Positions 38,014 through 51,877 of a stretch of DNA of 64,000 nucleotides are shown here, in pieces (the first letter of the stretch is position 1; each line of letters starts with the position of its first letter). Source of the DNA: Octopus sinensis (Eukaryota); contig NC_043026.1 in assembly GCF_006345805.1 (NCBI RefSeq), positions 8,060,001 through 8,124,000 on the forward strand. The letters are read 5' to 3'. The position numbers were made by a program, and so were the translations under genes. The notes under the pieces are model-generated. The model made no database searches. It saw only the letters and a list, made by a program, of their open reading frames with translations, and had not been told where the DNA came from.

Positions 38014-39240
38014 GGTACTACTGAAATACAGGGGTCCCGACGCATCTAAGGGGGGGGGGGCAATCTTGTTTTACCAAAACTACTGTGGCATCACATAAGC
38101 AGTCCTTGTATAAGCTGAAACTTAAAACAAACCCTAACCCTAAAACTAACCCTGCACCTTACTCTAACCCCTAACCCTAACCCTAAAAAGTGTGCACTGT
38201 AAAAACAAACCCTTTAGCATTCAGATCAATTTGTCAAAAGTAATCCTTATTTATTCACATTAAAAAAACTTAAAACAAACTCTAACCCTAAAACTAACCC
38301 CTACGCCTTACTCTAACCCCTAATCCTAACCCTAAAAAGTGTGCACTGTTAAAACAAACCCTTTAGTATTCAGATTAACAAACTCTAACCCTAAAACTAA
38401 CCCCTACGCCTTACTCTAACCCCTAATCCTAACCCTAAAAAGTGTGCACTGTTAAAACAAACCCTTTAGCATTCAGATTAACAAACTCTAACCCTAAAAC
38501 TAACCCCTACGCCTTACTCTAACCCATAACCCTAACCCTAAAAAGTGTGCACTGTAAAAACAAACCCTTTAGCATTCAGATTAATTTGTCAAAAGTAATC
38601 CTTATTTATTCACATTAAAAAAAGTCTATCTGATACTAGCAGTATCACCCGGCGTTGCTCGGGTTTGTAAGGGAAATAGCAATTTAAGCATTTTTAGAGA
38701 GTTACTTCCCTTATATAAACCGAGCAAAAATCATTAAAAATGCAGAAAAATGATGGTAAATTTTTTTTTTAAATCAGACTCATCGTAGACGCACGCTAAT
38801 ACCCAGAAGGGCTTGATATGAATCACGACTATAAGATACCCACTTTTGGTTAAACTGCACAGCAAAATGTGGGAGTAGTTAGGAATCTACATCAGAGTAG
38901 ACAGACACACACAACTTCATTTTTATATATAAAGATTGTTTTGTAGCTTCAAGATAGGAAAGATATAATTGCTTATTTTTAGAATGACATTGCAGGGTAG
39001 GTGTGAGATGCTGGTTCTGGCCAGTTTGAGCATAAAATGTGTAAAATATTTGGGCCAGATACAGCCGATTTAAACACTAAAGGGTTAAAACAGACAATAT
39101 TGTGGGGGAAAAGATCGGGGTAAAAACAGACGATATTGTGGGGCCCCTTACATCATTAACAGTAGTTTTGGTAAAACTAGATTACCTCCCCTCCATATCA
39201 TTACATAGATTCACTGGGACCTCTGTGTTTAAGTAGTGCC
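38014..39240. mobile_element. TIR element with 5'-GG termini and 8-bp TSD (Merlin-like, tentative); contains telomere-like tandem units and a nested Helitron
   Basis: GGTACTAC...GTAGTGCC termini; TSD agcagaag (38006-38013, 39241-39248). Confidence 0.65.
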
Positions 39241-39967
39241 AGCAGAAGCAATAAATAAGAAAAATAAACATCTTGGGACGGTCATTATGCCAATTTCAAA
39301 AGCACACATGCATTGGTTCTATTTCACTTCTATTATTATTTGTCAATATAGGCAGGTGTCACTGGGTGGTAAGTAAATCGTTTCACAACTACAAGGTCCC
39401 GTGTTCAGTCCCACAGCGTGGCACCTTGGGCAGGTGTCTTCTACTATAGCCTCAGGTCTGATCAAAGCCTGTGAGTGAATTTGGTAGATGGAAACTGAAA
39501 GAAGCCCATCTTGTGTATGTGTGCGTGTATACTGTTGGAATAATGACTCTCCTGAGATACAACAAAATCTGTTTCAACACGCAAATCCACATGAAAAATC
39601 ACAAAAAGTAAATTCGAAAATGAAAGTTTGTTAAATTCATAAAAAAAAATAGGTATGAGAAAAATGAACATTAAAACGATATGTGTATGAGTATATACAT
39701 ATATATATATTTATTTATGCACGGAAGATGGACGTTAAATGATGATGATGATATATATATCTCTCTCTTTTACTTGTTTCAGTCATTTGACTGTGGCCAT
39801 GCTGGAGCACCGCCTTTTAGTCGAGCAAATCAACCCCGGGACTTATTCTTTTGTAAGCCTAGTACTTATTGTATCGGTCTCTTTTTGCCGAACCGCTAAG
39901 TGACGGGGACATAAACACACCAGCATTGGTTGTCAAGCAATGCTAGGGGACAAACACAGACACACAA

Positions 39968-40008
<41 letters not shown>

Positions 40009-40181
40009 CACACATATACGACAGGCTTCTTTCAGTTTCCGTCTACTAAATCCACTCACAAGGCTTTGGTCAGCCCAGGGCTATAGCAGAAGACACTTGC
40101 CCAAGATGCCACGCAGTGGGACTGAACCCGGAACCATGTGGTTGGTAAGCAAGCTACTTACCACACAGCCACTCCTGCGCC

Positions 40182-40233
<52 letters not shown>

Positions 40234-40689
40234 ATAAACATATTTTATTTATATACATACAACTATGCCTATAAATTTATGTATACATATATTATATATA
40301 TGCCTATAAACATATATATATATGCCTATAAATTTATATATATTTGCCTATAAACTTATATATATATATGCCTATAAATTTATATATATATATATATATA
40401 TGCCTATAAACTTATATATATATATATATACCGTATTTAAACATGTATAAAAAAACCTTTTTTGTCAAAAATTAAATTTAAAAATATGGGTATTTCTTAT
40501 TCATGGATAGTATTTTAATCCCTTACAAAACCCTTTTTCCAAATTTTAAGCCCCCAAAAATATATTGTGTTCCTTATACACATCAAAATATGGTACATAT
40601 AATTCCTAGGTCAGGTGGTGTGTTGCCTTCTTGAGCAAAACACTTCATCTCAAGTTGCAGCGGGCAGTCAGACAAATTTGGTTGTTTCT

Positions 40690-42550
40690 TTCCAGTATCA
40701 ATACTCTACATCTTTGGTTTACTGTTTTTGAAACCTGAATGTATTTGATCTCTTACAGGACATGCAAAGGTGTCATGCCAGGTAGAAAAAAAAAATGAAA
40801 TGTGAGCGTTTCCAACACCTGTTTTTCATTTTCAATCGAGGTTCCCAAGCTGCCAAAAAAAGCTCAAGACATTTGTTGTGTGTACGAAGAGGGCATTATT
40901 ACAAAAACAATTTCACAGAAATAATTTTCACCCATCAAGGAGGGAAAATTCAACGTCAGATACTCTCCACATCCCAGCCAACCTGTTCTGTTTAACGAGA
41001 AACGGTTGAAAGAGCTCGTCCATTGAAAAACCCCTGCTGATCCAGCAGGGAATTGGCCCAGTATATGGAATGCACTTATGATACCTGTTTATTTACTACC
41101 CACAAGGGGCTAGACACAGAGGGGACAAACAAGGACAGACAAACGGATTAAGTTGATTATATCGACCCCAGTGCGTAACTGGTACTTAATATATCGACCC
41201 CGAAAGGATGAAAGGCAAAGTCAACCCCGGCGGAATTTGAACTCAGAACGTAATGGCAGATGAAATACCTATTTCTTTACTACTCACAAGGGGTTAAACA
41301 CAGAGGGGACAAACAAGGACAGACAAACGGATTAAGTTGATTATATCGACCCCAGTGCGTAACTGGTACTTAATATATCGACCCCGAAAGGATGAAAGGC
41401 AAAGTCAACCCCGGCGGAATTTGAACTCAGAACGTAATGGCAGATGAAATACCTATTTCTTTACTACCCACAAGGGGTTAAACACAGAGGGGACAAACAA
41501 GGACAGACAAACGGATTAAGTTGATTATATCGACCCCAGTGCGTAACTGGTACTTAATATATCGACCCTGAAAGGATGAAAGGCAAAGTCAACCCCGGCG
41601 GAATTTGAACTCAGAACAGAACGTAATGGCAGATGAAATACCTATTTTTTCTACTCACAAGGGTTAAACACAGAGGGGACAAACAAGGACAGACAAACGG
41701 ATTAAGTTGATTATATCGACCCCAGTGCGTAACTGGTACTTAATATATCGACCCCGAAAGGATGAAAGGCAAAGTCGACTTCGGCGGAATTTGAACTCAG
41801 AACGTAACGACAGACGAAATACGGCCACGCATTTCGCCCGGCGTGCTAACGTTTCTGCCAGCTCGCTACCTTTAATATGTAAAGACAGAGGAAATACCTA
41901 TTTCTTTACTACTCACAAGGGGCTAAACACAGAGGGGACAAACAAAGACAGACAAACGGATTAAGTTGATTATATCGACCCCAGTGCGTAACTGGTACTT
42001 AATTTATCGACCCCGAAAGGATGAAAGGCAAAGTCGACCTCGGCGGAATTTGAACTCAGTACGGCTACGCATTTCGCCCGGTGTGCTAACCCTTCTGCCA
42101 GCTTGCCCCCTTACTCATGCACTCATGATACCATCACCTGTCACCATTGTTCGATGGTGACATGGCATGCTTCTTCAACGTGATAATGCTCACCTGTATG
42201 GTACTGGACTGACCGAATATACATTTGAGTGTTCAGTTAGGAGGTTCTACCACACATACCATATTTACCTCATTTGGCACATTCAGATTATCACACCTCT
42301 AACGTTTGCTCCCCAACAGTGTGTGAGGCATTTTTGTTCAAGAATAACTCTGAGCTGGAAACGTAACTCGACAAATTCTTCAAGTCAAGACTCGATGATT
42401 TCTGGAGCCAAAGCACTGACAAATTTGTTGAGCATCGGCAAAAAGTTAGGAACAATAAAATACATTATAGATTGATTTGCTAAAGTTGTTGATGAAAAAT
42501 AAGGAATAAAAGAAGTGATTGAAATCAGTTTTATCTGGCAACACAATATA
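40690..42550 (+). pseudogene. Mariner transposase relic: N-terminal HTH part at 40795-41080, C-terminal part at 42160-42550, SINE array in between
   Basis: QDICCVYEEG..., LLQRDNA and EVLPHIPYLPHLAHSDYH (cf. HDNARPH and PHPPYSPDLAPSDY); many stops and frameshifts. Confidence 0.75.
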
Positions 42551-44138
42551 AACACAGATACACACATATAAACATACATAAACACACACATCTATAATAA
42601 TAAAGGCAAAAATTCTGTCTGAAAATCTGCCCTTCATTTGGGTCTTCAACATCCAGCATTGAAAAACCCCTGCTGATTCAGCAGGGAATTGGCCCAGTAT
42701 ATGGAATGCACTTATGATACCTGTTTATTTACTACCCACAAGGGGCTAAACACAGAGGGGACAAACATTGAAAAGCATTTTGGTTGCTATTTCTAGCAGG
42801 TAAAATTTGGCTGATTCATGCCATCTCGGTTGGCATTTATCAGCTGATGACAGACATCAAGGAGAAGATAAATGACATTCACTTTGTAGGAACTTTGGGA
42901 CAAATTGGCCAACAGTTGGAATTCAACTTGGGACTGGAATGACAGAATGATTGTATTACAGAATTAATTCTCATCCATCCTTCAAAAACCACTGAGGCAT
43001 ATAGTTATTATAGACGTAGTTATGATAGGCACAGGAGTGGCTGTGTGGTAAGTAGCTTGCTTACCAACCACATGGTTCCGGTTCAGTCCCACTGCGTGGC
43101 ATCTTGGGCAAGTGTCTTCTGCTATAGCCTTGGGCCGACCAAAGCCTTGTAAGTGGATTTGGTAGACGGAAACTGAAAGAAGCCCGTCGTATATATGTGT
43201 GTGTGTGTGTTATTAACAAAGAAAATAATTCTATAATTTTATACACACGCTTTCCATACGTACACGGAAAGCATGTGTTACGGAAAGCATGTGTTACGGA
43301 AAGCATGTGTTACGGAAAGTGTGTGTATAAAATTATAGAATTATTTTGCTTGTTAATTGTTTAAATTATTTTCCATTGCTTTCGGGTTTTTTCTTTACAC
43401 GCGTAACAATTAAATTAATTTAACAATTAACAAAAAAAAAATTTAGGGTTAGGGTTAGCGACAGGATGTTGTCTCAGTTTTAGACGCAGCAAATGATTTT
43501 AGCCCAATTAGAGGCAATTCATTGGTTAAAATTCGAAAAATTAAACTACGTTAAACAAACAAATTACAATTTTCTCAAGAAAGCCAAGAGAAAAAGATAT
43601 ATTATTTCGACACATTCTACCAGTATACGAAATTTAAAAGTGTTTCAGTAAACTAGAAATTGTGTTGAAAACTGCCCTTCAAAAGGAAAAGATCCCTATT
43701 TTCTCTCTCTCTCTCTCACTGTGTATGTGAGTCTCTGCCTGTTTCTCTCTCCCCCTCTGTATGACCAACTTCCTCTTCATGCGTATGAGGAGAGGGTAAA
43801 TCCTAACATCAATCCTCTTTAATTAATAAACTAAACTTTGTCTCTTGCTATCTGTGTGCGTATAATTCTGTATTCATGTGTGTTAGCACGAGTGCACGTG
43901 TGTTTGTGCGCGCGAGTGCATTTCCCTCTGGTTCCAAAAAACTACAATTGCCAAAACAGACCAGAAGTCCAGTAAGCCGGGCCAAATCGTCAGCGTCCAA
44001 CAGCAGAGCCCAAATGTCTCACCCAGTGGGAAAATATGGTATTGTCACAAATGGGTTATGTTTCACCATAAGTCTACTCCATTAGGGTTGACCTAGGGCT
44101 AAAGTACAACACAGAATGAAAAACAATATATAAAAACC

Positions 44139-44174
<36 letters not shown>

Positions 44175-44460
44175 CAACACTAGATATGCACACCAAATAC
44201 ATGCACACAGATAAATGAATATACATAGACAACAAATACACACCATAAATACATCCTCATCATCTAATATCTGTTTTCCATGCTGGCATGGGTTGGACGG
44301 TTTGAAAGGAGATGGTCAGGCAGAGGCCTGCACCACGGTCCAATTGTCTGTTTCGGCAGGGTTTCTATGGCTGGATGCTCTTCTTAATGCCAATGTCTGG
44401 CACCAACACCAGTGTTATTACATGGCACCTGTGCGGGTGCCCTGTATGAGACAGAGGCAC

Positions 44461-44880
44461 CAGCGCTTCTCACCTGGCACCGGCGCTTCTCACCTGGCAC
44501 CGGCGCTTCTCACCTGGCACCGGCGCTTCTCACCTGGCACCGGCGCTTCTCACCTGGCACCAGCGCTTCTCACCTGGCACCGGCGCTTCTCACCTGGCAC
44601 CGGCGCTTCTCACCTGGTACCGGCGCTTCTCACCTGGCACCTGTGCTTCTCACCTGGCACCGGCACTTCTCACCTGGCACCAGCATTTCTCACCTGGCAC
44701 CTGTGCTTCTCACTAGCCACCAGCACTTCTCACTTGGCACCAGCGCTTCTCACCTGGCAACAGCGCTTCTCACCTGGCACCGGCGCTTCTCACAGCCACC
44801 AGCGCTTCTCACCAGCCACCGGCGCTTCTCACCTGGCACCAGCGCTTCTCACCTGGCACCAGCGCGCCTCACCTGGTACA
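44461..44880. repeat. 20-bp minisatellite (cggcgcttctcacctggcac), about 21 units
   Basis: Period read directly. Confidence 0.95.
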
Positions 44881-45248
44881 CCACAGTGCTTTTTATGCGA
44901 CACCAGAATGGCTACTTTTTACATGACACCATATATATATATACATATACATACATACACAAACACTATAAATGTACAACAACTATTCACACCCATACAC
45001 TCATAGCATGTTCTTTCACCATCTGCTGATCTCTTTTCCCCGTTTAGGTCTTCTACAACCCGATGCCCTTCCTGTCACCAACCTTTACTGGTTTCCAAGC
45101 ACAGTAAATATTTCCCAACAGTCAGGCATGTCTTCACAGAATACTGCAAACTGAATGGCAGTAACACCCATCTATGATTGTCACACACTACAAGGAGAGA
45201 CAAACATACACACATTATGTGTGTATGTATGTATGTGTATGTGTGTGT

Positions 45249-45282
<34 letters not shown>

Positions 45283-47588
45283 GGCACGTGGCTTCAGCTC
45301 ACGGTTACCAACTCACGAGTTCAATTCTTGGTGACGCATTATATCCTTGAGCAAGACACTTTATTTCAGGTCGTTCCAGTCCACTCGGCTGGCAAAAATG
45401 AGTAGCAACTGTAATTCAAAGGGCCAGCCTTGTCACAAACTGTGTTACGGTGAATCTCCCTGAGAACTAAGTTAAGGGTGCATGTGTCTGTGGAGTACTC
45501 AGCCACTTGCATGTTAATCTCATGAGCAGGTGGTTCCATTGATCGGATCAACTGGAACCCTCATCTTCGTAACTGATGGAGTACCAGTTATCCCACATTG
45601 CTCCAGGCCCCTCAGCTGGTAAAAATGAGTGGTACCTGTATTTCAAAAAAGGGTCAGCCTTGTCATATCCCGTGTCACGCTGAACCTCCCTGAGAACTAC
45701 GTTGAGGGTACAAGTGTCTGTGGAGTACTCAGCCACTTGCATGTTAATTTCACGGGCAAGCTGTTCCATTGATCGTATGAGCTGGGACTCTCGTCGTCTT
45801 ATCCAACAGAGAATGCTCCTCTTTATATATATGCAAATGTCTGGCGTGTGTTTTGTACCGTTACTAATAAATGAGTAAAAAAGTGCACTGTCAATAAATG
45901 ATAGATGTGGCACGTAAAAAGCACCATCCGAAGGTGGCCGTTTGCCAACCTCGCCTGGCCTCCGTGCTGGTGGCACGTAAAAAGCACCATCCGATCGTGG
46001 CCGTTTGCCAGCCTCGTCTGGCTCCTGTGCTGGTGGCACGTAAAAAGCACCCACTACACTCACGGAGTGGTTGGCGTTAGGAAGGGCATCCAGCTGTAGA
46101 AACTTTGCCAGATCAGACTGGAGCCTGGTGCAGCCTCCTGGCTTCCCAGACCCCAGTTGAACCGTCCAACCCATGCTAGTACGGAAAACAAACATTAAAC
46201 GATGATGATGATGAATGATAAAACTGAAGGGTGCTTACGAAATACACGGGGAGTCGGGCCACAAGCAAACAAAATGACACAGAGTGGACATACAAAAGTA
46301 AAAAAATGTAATTTAAGATGATGAACAAGGATGAGATATGGCCTTGCAGCCAAAAGACAAGAATGGTGGGTAATGCTTAGAAAACATCATGAAGGATATA
46401 GATAAGAGTAAATATATTTCTTTAATACCCACAAGGGGCTAAACACAGAGAGGGCAAACAAGGACAGACAAACGGATTAAGTCGATTATATCGACCCCAA
46501 TGCGTAACTGGTACTTTATTTATCGACCTCGAAAGGATGAAAGGCAAAATTGACCTCGGCGGAATTTGAACTCAGAATGTAGCGGCAGACGAAATACCTA
46601 TTTCTTTACTGCCTACAAGGGGCTATATACAGAGGGGACAAACAAGGACAGACAAACGGATTAAGTCGATTACATCGACCCCAGTGCGTAACTGGTACTT
46701 TATTTATCGACCCCAAGAGGATGAAAGGCAAAGTCGACCTTGGCGGAATTTGAACTCAGAACGTAGCGGCAGACGAAATACCTATTTCTTTACTGCCCAC
46801 AAGGGGCTACATACAGAGGGGACAAACAAGGACAGACAAACGGATTAAGTCGATTACATCGACCCCAGTGCGTAACTGGTATTTAATTTATCGACCTCAA
46901 AAGGATGAAAGGCAAAGTCGACCTCGGTGGAATTTGAACTCAGAACGTAACGGCAGACGTAATATGAATAAGCATTTCGCCCGGCGCGCTAACGTTTCTG
47001 CCAGCTCAAAGAGCAAATAGCAAGACGAAGACCAAAGTGCTGGGCAGCCAGAGGAGAAAGGGAGAGAGAACGACAGAGAGAAGATAAGGGGAGAAAGGAA
47101 AGGGTGAAAGGAGAAAAGCTACAAATACAAGTGAGAGGGTGAGAGCGAGAAAAGAAGAAAGAGTAGAGTCACACAGAATATATACTCTTTACTCTTTTAC
47201 TTGTTTCAGTCATTTGACTGCGGCCATGCTGGAGCACCGCCTTTAGTCGAGCAAATCGACCCCGGGACTTATTCTTTTTGTAAGCCCAGTACTTATTCTA
47301 TTGGTCTCTTTTGCCGAACCGCTAAGTGACGGGGACGTAAACACACCAGCATCGGTTGTCAAGCAATGCTAGGGGGACAAACACAGACACACACAAACAT
47401 ATACACATACATATATATACATATATACGATGGGCTTCTTTCAGTTTCCGTCTACCAAATCCACTCACAAGGCTTTGGTCGGCCCGAGGCTATAGTAGAA
47501 GACACTTGCCCAAGGTGCCACGCAGTGAGACTGAACCCGGAACCATGTGGTTGGTAAACAAGCTACTTAGCACACAGCCACTCCTGCG

Positions 47589-47636
<48 letters not shown>

Positions 47637-47690
47637 ATGAAACGATCGTACCAAATTACCGGAGTCATTCTTGTTGCTTATTTTGATATG

Positions 47691-47722
<32 letters not shown>

Positions 47723-47787
47723 ATATATGTAGTATGAAACGATCGTACCAAATTACCGGAGTCATTCTTGTTGCTTATTTTGATATG

Positions 47788-47820
<33 letters not shown>

Positions 47821-48044
47821 ATATGCAAGGGGTTTCTTTCAGTTTCTGTTTACCAAATCCAATTGCAAGGTTTTGATCGGCCCAGGGCTATATTAGTAGA
47901 CAACACTTACTCCAAGGTGACAAACAGCAGGACTGAACTCAAATCCAAGGCTTCCTACCACACAGTCACGCCTCTGCCTATAGCCACCACCCCGCACACA
48001 CACACACAGACACATATATTACTGTATCCATCAAAAGGACTTAC

Positions 48045-48199
48045 TTTTCTGAATAGACGCTGACTTCCCCCTCCAGCGGCCACGGGGAAATATATGTAGA
48101 CGTTATGGTCCTCCGCATCGACAGGTTTCTCAACGAAGGGCTTCTGGAACACATCGCCAGACATCTCGATGCAATCTTCAGTTTCTGTGAACTGTAGGT
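48045..48199 (-). CDS. PPIP5K: PPIP5K exon ([52 protein letters not shown])
   Basis: ccgcAG acceptor, aaa|GTAAGT donor, 155 nt, phase 1 to 0; KPFVEKPxxAEDHNxYIY and [10 protein letters not shown] motifs. Confidence 0.97.
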
Positions 48200-49958
48200 C
48201 TGCGGAATCAAGAAGAGAGAGAAAGGAGACATGGTTTCAGAAGGTGGAGAGGGTTTTATTATAACAGCAACAACCACCACTAATTACTAACTATTAACGA
48301 GCTCATCAGGGAGCATCTACATTGGTGCTTCTCAACCAGGGTCCATATAAAATTTTGCTTATTTCATCATCATCATCATGATCATCATCACTTAACGTCC
48401 GCTTTCCATGCTAGCATGGGTTGGACAGTTCAACCGGGGTCTGGGAAGCCAGGAGGCTGCACCAGGCCCCAGTCTGATCTGGCAGTGCTTCTACAGCTGG
48501 ATGCCCTTCCTAACGCCAACCACTCCGTGAGTGTAGTGCATGATTTCTATATATATATGCATATTTTTTCCATGCTAGCACAGGTTGGACGGTTCGACCA
48601 GGGTCTGGGAAGCCAGGAGGCTGCACCAGGCTCCAGTCTGATCTGGCAGTGTTTCTACAGCTGGGTGCCCTTCCTAACGCCAACCACTCCGTGAGTGTAG
48701 TGGGTGCTTTTTACCTGCCACCGGCACAGGTGCCAGGGAAGGCTGTCAATGCCCACGATTGGTTGGTGCTTTTTACGGGCCACCGACACGGAAGCCAGTC
48801 AAGGTGGTGCTGGCATTGGCCACGTAAGGATGGTGCTTTTTAGGTGCCACCAACACAGGTGCCAGGGGAGGCTGGCAACAGCAACGATCAGTTGGTACTT
48901 TTTACGTGCCACCGGCACATGCAATAAATTGGTTATACATTTAGGTGCAGGAGTGGCTGTGTGGTAAGAAGCTTGATTCCCAACCACATGGTTCCGGGTT
49001 CAGTCCCACTGCATGGCACTCTGCTTCGGGTCAACCAAATCCAAGTCAGTGGAATTGGTAGATGGAAACTAAAAGAGGCTCACCATTAATGTTATAGTGC
49101 CTGAAGAAATGAATCCATGATGATCGACCGGGTGCCCACGGATCCTATGAACTACACTGAATTCTCTCAAGAATACTGACTGTGTTCTTAAGATGTGTAA
49201 TTTGTGGAAATGCACATAGCAATGCTTTAAATGTTTATAAATTACATCCACGGATTGTTGTTATTGTTGTTGTTGTTATAAGGCAGCAAGCTGACAGAAT
49301 CTTCAGCATGCCAGACAAAATGCTAAGAATAAAAGACAGGGTGGTCACAGATGGAACACCTTTGGACATGGGTTAGCTGAATCAGAGATGAAGGACACAT
49401 TAGAAAATGTAGTCCGAGATAAATTATGACTGAATGAGAAATGGGACAACAAAGGACACTAAATTACACAGTCCTAGATATGGTAAGTCTTAATAAAAGA
49501 TGGGATGGCCAAGGCTGGAATGGTTTTGATTGTATGTCTGATGGATTAGGGCTAAACTGAGCCTAAACTACACGGAAGGACATATTAGACAACTAGCAGT
49601 ATCGCCCGGCGTTGCTCGGGTTTGTAAGGGAAATAACTATATAAGCATTTTTAGAGAGTTACTTCCCTTATATAACCCGAGCAAAAATCATTAAAAATTA
49701 TTTCATCTGGGGCCTAAACAACAGGAAGGACACATTAGACAAAGTAGTCCTAGATACACTATGAGTAAATATAAGACAGGATGGTCACAAGGCCTAAACA
49801 ACAAGGAGACATTAGATGATGTATTCCTAAATGCACAATTATATTAAAAAACAAAACACGATGCTCACAGCAGGAAAATTTTTAATTGTGGGTCTGCAAG
49901 ATCAAACCTGACCTGTCTCAATATGACATTAACAACAACCTGTAAGGTCGTGTCTAAA

Positions 49959-51070
49959 TCTATATATATAAAACTCAACTTGTGTATCTGTGTGTCTGTC
50001 TGTGTGTTTAACTTCCCGGCACATCTCCTCCAGCCAAAAAATCGTAGAACCACCGAAAGTGGGTCACTTAAAGTTTAGGCGAATGAAAATTGAACTGCGC
50101 TATTTCTGTAACGAAATTCATCTCGCAAGTGCAAAAATCGATAATGTGTTTGTTTAGGCCTTATCCCATGCATTGAATAGTGAACTTTACTCAGTCAGCT
50201 GTTTGATGTGAACTGTGTTCACCACGCGTGCAAGCATGCATAAATTGCATATCAAGATATAAAAACAAATTGCCGTAAACATTGTAGAAATTCATCAAAG
50301 AAATGAATTTTCGGGATGTAGCCTGGAGGGTTTTTTCGTATTAATCGTTTGGACTTTGTGAACACATACCAATTGTTTTCATAACATTTTTAACACTTTG
50401 AATTAAATGTGACCATTTTGCATTGAGTCTGCAGTTTGAATCACTTTAACCAAATTTTAGCAGGCGGGATTTTTGATCATCACGATACATCGCCAGCGAC
50501 TCCCTGAAACTCTCCCCTGAAATCCCCGTTTAGAAATCTATATATATAAAACTCAACTTGTGTGTCTGTGTGTGTGTCTGTGTGTTTAACTTTTGGATCT
50601 ACCAAGTTTCATTATTAAGGATGGAAAGTAGTGTGTAGCAAATCTATATATATAAAAAGGCGGCGAGCTGGCAGAAACGTTAGCACGCCGGGCGAAATGC
50701 GTAGCCGTATTTCGTCTGCCGTTACGTTCTGAGTTCAAATTCCGCCGAGGTCGACTTTGCCTTTCATCCTTTCGGGGTCGATTAAATAAGTACCAGTTAC
50801 GCACTGGGGGCGATATAATCGACTTAATCCGTTTGTCTGTCCTTGTTTGTCCTCTCTGCATTTAGCCCCTTGTGGGTAGTAAAGAAATAGATATATATAT
50901 AAAGCTTAAGTTGTCTGTGTGTGGCAGGTTTGGTAGCCTTCAACTAACATTATCTCCTCCGAGACCCTGCAGCACAAGTTGACCAAATTTTAGCAGGCTG
51001 GATTTTTGATCATCACGATACATCGCCAGTGACTCCCTGAAATCCCTGTTGAGCCGGGCAATACTGCTAG
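49959..51070 (+). mobile_element. Composite Helitron: several 5' TC(TA)n heads, one CTAG end, nested SINE at 50659-50890
   Basis: a|TCtatatat at 49959, about 50538 and about 50643; gatactgCTAG|t at 51067-51070. Confidence 0.7.
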
Positions 51071-51104
51071 TACCAAATAGTTTCAAGTGAGCGTGAAGTC
51101 TTAC

Positions 51105-51190
51105 CAGTCTCATCATTGACATCTCGATTCAGGACAGCATAACGAGGGTGGGCGATGCATTCTTTCTTGAGTATTTTGTAGACTTCTCTC
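51105..51190 (-). CDS. PPIP5K: PPIP5K exon (REVYKILKKECIAHPRYAVLNRDVNDET)
   Basis: ttaacAG acceptor, g|GTAAGA donor, 86 nt, phase 2 to 1. Not in the ORF track; found by reading the minus strand. Confidence 0.95.
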
Positions 51191-51877
51191 CTGTTAAGTA
51201 AAGAAAAAAATGGAGAAAAAAAACATTATACTCTTTTACTTGTTTCGGTCATTTGACTGCGGCCATGATGGAGCACAGCCTTTAGTCGAGCAACTCAACC
51301 CCATTACTTATTCTATCGGTCTCTATTACCGAACATAATGTAAACACACCAGCATTGGTTGTCAAGCAATGTTAGGGGAACAAACACACACACACACACA
51401 CATATATATAATATATATATATATATACACAATGGGCTTCTTTCAGTTTCTGTCCACCAAATCCACTCACAAGGCTTTGGTCAGCCCAAGGCTATAATAG
51501 AAGACACTTGCCCAAGATGCCACACAGTGGGACTGAACCAGGAACCATGTGGTTGATTCCTAACTACTCCCACATTTTGCGGTGCAGTTTAACCAAAAGC
51601 AGGTATCTTATAGTCGTGATTCATATCGAGCCCTTCTGGGTATTAGCGCGTGTCTACGATGATTCTAGGATTTAAAAAAATATTTACCATCATTTTTCCG
51701 CATTTTTAATGCATTTTTTACTCGGTTTATATAAGGGAAGTAACTCTCTAAAAATGCTTATATAGTTATTTCCCTTACAAACCCGAGCAATGCCGGGCGA
51801 TACTGCTAGTCTAATATATTTTTTAAGCAAAACAAAACCAAAGAGGGCAGTGGGGTGAAATCAGAAGGTCAGCTCAC

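Noticed and set aside
6293-48044. Nested protein-coding gene in the long intron
   Set aside because: All coding-like stretches resolved to LINE or mariner relics; no consistent exon chain was found.
49111-49164. C/D-box snoRNA-like ATGATGA...CTGA with a gaat/attc stem
   Set aside because: Only 54 nt, antisense to the host gene, and no recognisable guide sequence.
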